From assembly GCA_001780035.1 (NCBI GenBank), contig MFEY01000005.1, forward strand, positions 40,354-104,353: DNA of 64,000 nt, written 5' to 3'. Shown in pieces: positions 59,067-64,000 of this stretch. The number at the start of each line of letters is the position of its first letter. Positions within the stretch are counted from its first letter, which is position 1. The DNA comes from Candidatus Doudnabacteria bacterium RIFCSPHIGHO2_12_FULL_48_16 (GTDB taxonomy: Bacteria > Patescibacteriota > Doudnabacteria > UBA920 > O2-02-FULL-48-8). The notes under the pieces were generated by a model. That model ran no database searches, was not told where the DNA came from, and was given only the letters and a program-made list of their open reading frames with translations. The translations under genes and the position numbers were made by a program.

Positions 59067-60770
59067 TCAGTGCTTGCAGAACATCCGGAACATCTCGTCC
59101 GGACCCATGACCACGTTGACGCGGCGCTTCCGGCCCCGGCACAGCGTGCGGAAGGCCTTGTCGTTGAGCGAACCCGACGTAGCGAAGATCGCGCCCACAC
59201 CGGCCCTGATGAGCTTTCTGGGTCCATCGTTGAACGGGAAGAAGCTGTCGCTGACTGCGACGGAGCCCCTGATGTTGTGTCCGCAGCGGCGCGCACCATT
59301 CACCGCATGCTCGCAGGCCACGACCCGGGAGTTCTGGCACAAGCCCAGTCCCAGCATCATGCCGTTCTTGGTGATCACGATTGTGTTGCTATTGGCCGCG
59401 CCGCAGATGGCGAGGCCAAGCAGCATGTCCATGCGCTGCCGCTTGGTCAGCCGGCCAAGCTTCGTCAGATGTGGGTCGTTCAGGTTGAAAACCTGATCGC
59501 CCGGCCCTTGCCGAAGGAATTCGTCCGCCTCCAACTGCCGGAAGCGCTTGGCCACGCTCAGCTCGGTTGTGCCATAGCTGAAGCTGGAACTCACCATCAT
59601 CCGGCACCGGTTGTTGACCCGGCGGAGCTGTGCGACCGCACAATCGGTGACTGTCGGCGCCCACACCGCGTCAATCGGTCGCTTCTGCTTGCCCGTGAGG
59701 TAGGTGCGCAGCAGCGCGGCGGCCTCGTCATCGATGACGAAGTTGGTCATGACCGTGCCGCCGAACAAGGCGCCCGGATTGCCGGCGACCATGTTCCGAA
59801 TGGCGCGAAGCATGCCCGCGCCAGTATCGAAGTCAGCGATGCCCACACCGCACGGATTGCCGTGTTTGAGTCCGACGGCAATCGCGGGAATCGACAGCCC
59901 GTTCTTGCGGTAGAAGTTCTCGATGCGGGCAATCAGTCGACGACCGCCGTCAGCGTCCGTATAGTTGATGTATCCGGGTTCGCTTCCTTCCTTGCGCCGG
60001 AACGTGGACAGTGCTCCCTTGGCTGCGCGATCCTTGGAACCGAACCGGCGCATCAAGTCAGCGCCGCCCATCCAGCGATTCTCCGCGTAGCCCAACTTCT
60101 GGGCGCGCTCGAGGACAAGCACCGAATAGTCGCCGCCGCTTAAACGTTCGACCAGCGGGGCATAGTAGGCCAGGTTGTTGGCCAGGGCTTTGGCGATGCT
60201 GCGAGTAACAAACTCTTCTTCATTCGGGCGGCCAGCACGGAGCCAGTTAATGGTTTCCTGCCGGTCCTCCGGGGTGGAAACCACGATGCGTCCGCCCTTG
60301 CTGGCGGCCGTAGCCTGTGTCGGCCCGCCGACATCTATCGCTTCGATGATCGAGGCGATAGTGGCGTCAGGCCGTTCGAGCTCGGCATGCAGGGCGTAGT
60401 AATCAACGCACACGAGAGAGATTCTCACCATCCCCAGCGCTTCCAGCTGGTCAGCCATTGCCGTGGTGGCAAGAAGGACGCCGTGGATCTCAGCATGCTG
60501 GCCGGCAATCTGGCTGGCCCAATGGATGTTCTGTTCGGGAATGCGCTCCTGTTCGGGCTTCGCATTGTTGGCTGCCGTCAGCCGGCGAATCAGCGACGTC
60601 TGACGGAACTCCTCGACGCTGGTGACTGCGATGTCATGCTCCTTGAGGTAGCGGTAGGTCCCGCCGGATGAGATGATGCTAAAACCCAGTTCGACGAGGT
60701 TTCTGGCAAACTGATCAATCCCGTCTTTCACGCTGACGGAAATCAACGCATACAGCAAACTTGAAGTCAT
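59067..60770 (-). CDS. purH: Divergent PurH-like bifunctional IMP cyclohydrolase / AICAR transformylase
   Basis: ALISVSVKDGI, ISSGGT, IDVGGPT, YAEN, KHGNPCG, SNTIV, SDSFFPFND; TTGCCA-N17-TAGTAT promoter and AAGGGGGAG SD. Confidence 0.85.
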   Translation of the reverse strand: MTSSLLYALISVSVKDGIDQFARNLVELGFSIISSGGTYRYLKEHDIAVTSVEEFRQTSLIRRLTAANNAKPEQERIPEQNIHWASQIAGQHAEIHGVLLATTAMADQLEALGMVRISLVCVDYYALHAELERPDATIASIIEAIDVGGPTQATAASKGGRIVVSTPEDRQETINWLRAGRPNEEEFVTRSIAKALANNLAYYAPLVERLSGGDYSVLVLERAQKLGYAENRWMGGADLMRRFGSKDRAAKGALSTFRRKEGSEPGYINYTDADGGRRLIARIENFYRKNGLSIPAIAVGLKHGNPCGVGIADFDTGAGMLRAIRNMVAGNPGALFGGTVMTNFVIDDEAAALLRTYLTGKQKRPIDAVWAPTVTDCAVAQLRRVNNRCRMMVSSSFSYGTTELSVAKRFRQLEADEFLRQGPGDQVFNLNDPHLTKLGRLTKRQRMDMLLGLAICGAANSNTIVITKNGMMLGLGLCQNSRVVACEHAVNGARRCGHNIRGSVAVSDSFFPFNDGPRKLIRAGVGAIFATSGSLNDKAFRTLCRGRKRRVNVVMGPDEMFRMFCKH

Positions 60771-60939
60771 GTCTGTCACTCCCCCTTGAAAATCTAAAAG
60801 CTAAGCCTACTTAGCTTAGCCCCTATTAGCAACATACTAGGCGATTATCGATATATTGGCAAATAAAAACGAGGGTAACTCTAGGCAAGCGTCTGCGTGA
60901 AGCAGAACTTATCTAAAGTTACCCAAGCGGGCGGCGCCG

Positions 60940-61161
60940 CTAGTCGAGGTCGATGAATCCGAGCGGTTCGGCTGGCGTCGTGAGCGCCGACGGCTCGCCG
61001 TGAATGGCGACTTCGCTCGAGATGTCCGCGGCTGTGAGCGCTTGGGAACGAGCCCCGAATTCACCCACGTCGGCGCCGATTGTGGTCGATCCCCAGCCCT
61101 CCACCCGACGATCGTCCGTCGGATAGCTTATTGTGGTTGAGTCAAAACCAAATGGCCTCAA
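60940..61161 (-). CDS. Small acidic hypothetical protein (orphan cassette)
   Basis: TTGACA-N17-CAGGAT, AAGGGGG SD 5 nt before TTG, long hairpin 60873-60924 downstream. Confidence 0.5.
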   Translation of the reverse strand: MRPFGFDSTTISYPTDDRRVEGWGSTTIGADVGEFGARSQALTAADISSEVAIHGEPSALTTPAEPLGFIDLD

Positions 61162-61257
61162 TGTGTCCCCCTTAGTGAAATGTTTGCCCGAGCTTATTTT
61201 GTATATCCTGCCACGGAGACGACTCTCTGTCAACCCCGCCGCTCGCGAGAGGCAGGG

Positions 61258-61641
61258 TCAATATTCCAGTTTGACTGCCCGGTGGGCCGCCTTGTAGATT
61301 TGATCCAGGTAGTAATCCTGGTCAACAGGGTGATTTACCGGCCGGCCTTTGCGGTCAGTGGTGGCGTCGCGCAGCCAGATGACAGTTTGGCCGCCAATGA
61401 CGATAAACTCCAGGGATTCTCCCAGGTCCCGGATGCTGACAGTAATCGTCTCGGTGAGCGAGCGGCCCTGAGCCACCCGCCGGTAGCGCAGAATCGAGAC
61501 GTCGTTGGTAAACACCGAGTCCGTGGATTCTGTTGCCCGCTGCGGCTCCAGGGCGCTGCCCCAGCAAATCGCTGTCAGCGCGCGCTCGCGCGTACAGCCC
61601 CGGTAAAACAACGAACGCAACAAGCGAACCAAAGAAAGCAT
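61258..61641 (-). CDS. Hypothetical protein downstream of tRNA-Arg
   Basis: GGAGAGG SD before ATG, 127 aa, hairpin 61234-61257 after stop. Confidence 0.55.
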   Translation of the reverse strand: MLSLVRLLRSLFYRGCTRERALTAICWGSALEPQRATESTDSVFTNDVSILRYRRVAQGRSLTETITVSIRDLGESLEFIVIGGQTVIWLRDATTDRKGRPVNHPVDQDYYLDQIYKAAHRAVKLEY

Positions 61642-61722
61642 AAGCCTCTCCAAAATATAGCACCCAACACTAAAACCGAATGAATCGGTTTTAAGGTTCG
61701 GTGCTTATTTTGATAGGAATTA

Positions 61723-61798
61723 TGGTGCGCCTGGTGCGAATCGAACGCACGGCCTTTCCCTTCGGAGGGGAACGCTCTATCCACTGAGCTACAAGCGC
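61723..61798 (-). tRNA. tRNA-Arg (CCG)
   Basis: GCGCTTG..CAGGCGC-ACCA, anticodon arm TTCCC-CTCCGAA-GGGAA, GTTCGA. Confidence 0.96.
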
Positions 61799-62674
61799 CT
61801 ATATTAAAAATAAAACCAAGGAACCAAGGATAAAAATTGTTCCACTCCACATCCGCACAGTTATTTGTTCTTTATATTTTATACGGCTTAAGAAATACGC
61901 AGCTGGGATCGTCAATGTCCCCAGCATGGCGAACGTGGTCACGGGTAGCTGGTATATTAACCAGGAGAGTAAAAGTGCGGAAGTCGCCATACCAATCACC
62001 ATGGCGAGCCCGGTGTAGGTGCGGAAGCAACGGAATAGCTCTACGACCGGGTTTCGGTGTAAGGGCCAGATACTAATAATTATCCATATTAAGCTCCATC
62101 CGATCAAGTCCCCAATCAACCGGCCGGAAAGAAAAGTAAAATAATTAGGCGTATGAAAAGTAGCGAGCTTGTAGAACACAGTGGCTAAACCTGAAAAGAT
62201 TATCGAAGCGATCATAAATAATACTCCCCGGTCCCAAACTAAGTCTACGCGCGATAGTTTCTGCGGCCATACAAAGAACCCCACCCCTACAATAGCCAGT
62301 CCGAGTGCAGCCATTTGCATCGGCAGCAAGCGCTCACCGATCACGAAGATAGCTCCCAGACTGCTAGTCACAAACCCAAGCTTGCCGAGGATTTGAGCGG
62401 CAAAAAACTTACTTTCCACCAGACCCCAAATATTCAGCGTCAGTGCGGCTGCCGCCATAACTACCATGGCAAACCAGAATACATAAAAATACGGATCAGG
62501 GGGCGGTACAAAGAGTCCAGCGGCCAGTAAAACCGCAATTACGATCGGATGACCCGCGAGCGTAGGCGCATGGATAATCGTCAGTGAAGAAATTCCATCT
62601 TGGAAAAGTTTTTTTTTCAGCGTATCCCAATATGGCAGCATTAAATTGTAAATGATCGTAAGAAGAATCAACAT
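61799..62674 (-). CDS. DMT/EamA-like 10-TM transporter
   Basis: Two 5-TM repeats with IGERL / KEQIT motifs. Confidence 0.7.
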   Translation of the reverse strand: MLILLTIIYNLMLPYWDTLKKKLFQDGISSLTIIHAPTLAGHPIVIAVLLAAGLFVPPPDPYFYVFWFAMVVMAAAALTLNIWGLVESKFFAAQILGKLGFVTSSLGAIFVIGERLLPMQMAALGLAIVGVGFFVWPQKLSRVDLVWDRGVLFMIASIIFSGLATVFYKLATFHTPNYFTFLSGRLIGDLIGWSLIWIIISIWPLHRNPVVELFRCFRTYTGLAMVIGMATSALLLSWLIYQLPVTTFAMLGTLTIPAAYFLSRIKYKEQITVRMWSGTIFILGSLVLFLI

Positions 62675-62678
62675 TGAA

Positions 62679-63193
62679 TTAGCGTCGAGAATTCCCTTTC
62701 CGGATCGGCATCATGTATTTCCGGGGATCAGTGTCTAGGTCAAGGTAAGAATCAACCAGTTCGCGCATTTTAGAAGATGTTGATTTGCCAAAAGAAACTA
62801 ATTCTACTCGGACACCTAAAACTTGTAAGTATTCTAGAAGAGGGATATAGTCGCCGTCCCCAGAGGCTAAAACTACCACATCGAGTTTCGGGATGAGCTA
62901 AACAATATCCATAACGATTCCGACATCCCAGTCCCCTTTTTAGCACCCCCGTAAAACGTCTGGAGTTCCTTGAGCTTTACTTCAAAGCCCGCTTTGCGCA
63001 AGGCGTCGAAGAAAGTTCCTTCTTCGGGCATATCGGCTTTGATGCCGTAAGCTATCGCTCGCACCATAGGGCGGTCGCCCACGGCGTCCTTCAAGACATT
63101 GTTAAAATTTACGCGGGAATTGTAAACATTTCTCGCCGTATAATAAAGATTCTGCACATCTACGAATAACCCAACTCTCTGCTCTGCTTTCAT
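62679..63193 (-). pseudogene. NYN/LabA-family (PIN-like) nuclease gene with a frameshift and an in-frame stop
   Basis: FVDVQNLY..KKG, 1-nt loss at ~62931-62941, alternative frame DWDVGIVMDIV*(TAG 62898-62900)LIPKLD..SGDGDY. Confidence 0.75.
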
Positions 63194-63204
63194 GTGTTTT
63201 CCTT

Positions 63205-63287
63205 TGTCATTCCGGACGCGATCCGGAATCTAAACAATAATTAATATTTAAAGATAAACTGGATCCTGAAACAAGTTCAGGATGACA
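63205..63287. repeat. REP-like palindromic element
   Basis: TGTCATTCCGGA..TCCGGAATC .. GGATCCTGAA..TTCAGGATGACA. Confidence 0.8.
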
Positions 63288-63289
63288 GC

Positions 63290-64000
63290 CTAAAGAAGTT
63301 TATCCAGCGGCGGCTCAGGTAACTTCTCAGCTTCGACATCCAATTGCAAATTCGAGGCGTTCACGATCTGGCCGCGCAATTTAACGTAACCGTCAATCAC
63401 TGTCGCCATACTGTTATTCGTATTCTTGACGTGATTGGCCATGGTATCTAAACCCTTGCCGAACTTATCACTCTCTTGCTTGATGCCATTAATCATAGCC
63501 AGAACTTGCTGGGCCGCTTTGTTGATCTGTTGGCCGCGGAGAGAAACCAAAAACGTTTGCAGGGTCAGATATAAAGTATTCGGCCCAACCATGACAACTT
63601 TTTTATCTCGCGCATAGCTGCAGGTCGGTAAATCTTCCGCGACTTCCAGATATATTCCTTCGCTTGGGATAAACATCAAGGCAAAATCATAAGTGCCTTC
63701 CTGCGGCAAGATATATTTCTTATGGATTTCATCCACGCGCTTTTTGACGTCTTTTAGAAAAAGTTTTTTTTGCTCTTCAATTGATTCGTCAGTTTTCGCT
63801 TCCTTATATAGTCGGTAATTCTCCATGCTGAATTTGCTGTCGATCGGTAGGAGTAATTCCCCGACTTTGACAGCGGCATCGACCACTTCGCCGTTTTTGA
63901 ACCGATACTGAAATTTGGTAAACTCCTTGGGAAAAACCTGATTGAGCATATTCTCCAGCACTTCCTCGCCAAAGTTCCCGCGCATTTTGGGTGACGCCAA
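63290..64000 (-). CDS. rmuC: DNA recombination protein RmuC (5'-truncated by window)
   Basis: RGNFGE..LE, PIDSKF, KYILP..T.DFALMFIPSE. Confidence 0.9.
   Translation of the reverse strand: MASPKMRGNFGEEVLENMLNQVFPKEFTKFQYRFKNGEVVDAAVKVGELLLPIDSKFSMENYRLYKEAKTDESIEEQKKLFLKDVKKRVDEIHKKYILPQEGTYDFALMFIPSEGIYLEVAEDLPTCSYARDKKVVMVGPNTLYLTLQTFLVSLRGQQINKAAQQVLAMINGIKQESDKFGKGLDTMANHVKNTNNSMATVIDGYVKLRGQIVNASNLQLDVEAEKLPEPPLDKLL

Noticed and set aside
59070..60143. 357-aa plus-strand ORF
   Set aside because: Antisense shadow of GC-rich purH; no independent motifs
60780..60865. ZTP riboswitch upstream of purH
   Set aside because: Leader between promoter and SD is only ~50 nt with one small hairpin; no pfl-motif consensus
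60940..61798. Prophage or integrative element at tRNA-Arg
   Set aside because: No integrase, phage genes or duplicated tRNA 3' end seen
62898..62900. Stop-codon reassignment or alternative genetic code
   Set aside because: TAG and TGA terminate many intact genes here; this is the only internal stop apart from the prfB frameshift site

Overview
Core chromosomal segment of a reduced-genome bacterium. The gene content, leaderless or SD-poor core genes and in-frame palindromic inserts point to Patescibacteria/CPR; presence of both rplA and rplI with standard TGA stops would fit a Doudnabacteria-like lineage (inference only). About 70 CDSs are supported: translation and tRNA modification (mnmA, gltX, fmt, def, frameshifted prfB, rpmA, rplI, rplK, rplA, nusG, secE, a single-chain mitochondrial-type PheRS), DNA metabolism (gyrB, rarA, a UvrD-nuclease fusion, rmuC), a dcd-dut-tmk-thyX dTTP cluster, pyrG, ftsEX, hppA, malic enzyme, glycosyltransferases and an isolated divergent purH. 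There are two tRNAs (Gln-CTG, Arg-CCG). No CRISPR array, transposase or prophage is visible. The most unusual signals are: (1) an ORF-free, hairpin-dense ~570-nt transcription unit at ~58400-58966 with its own consensus promoter and terminator, a candidate new large ncRNA, plus a second ~465-nt structured unit at ~18984-19449; (2) a 5-copy MITE-like family with CCCGTTAGAA/TTCTAACGGG ends and target duplications, which inserts at ATGA stop/start overlaps, at a start codon and in frame inside rarA; (3) other palindromic and tandem repeats written in frame into essential proteins; (4) a two-tier expression grammar of leaderless core genes versus solo orphan cassettes carrying promoter, strong SD and terminator.
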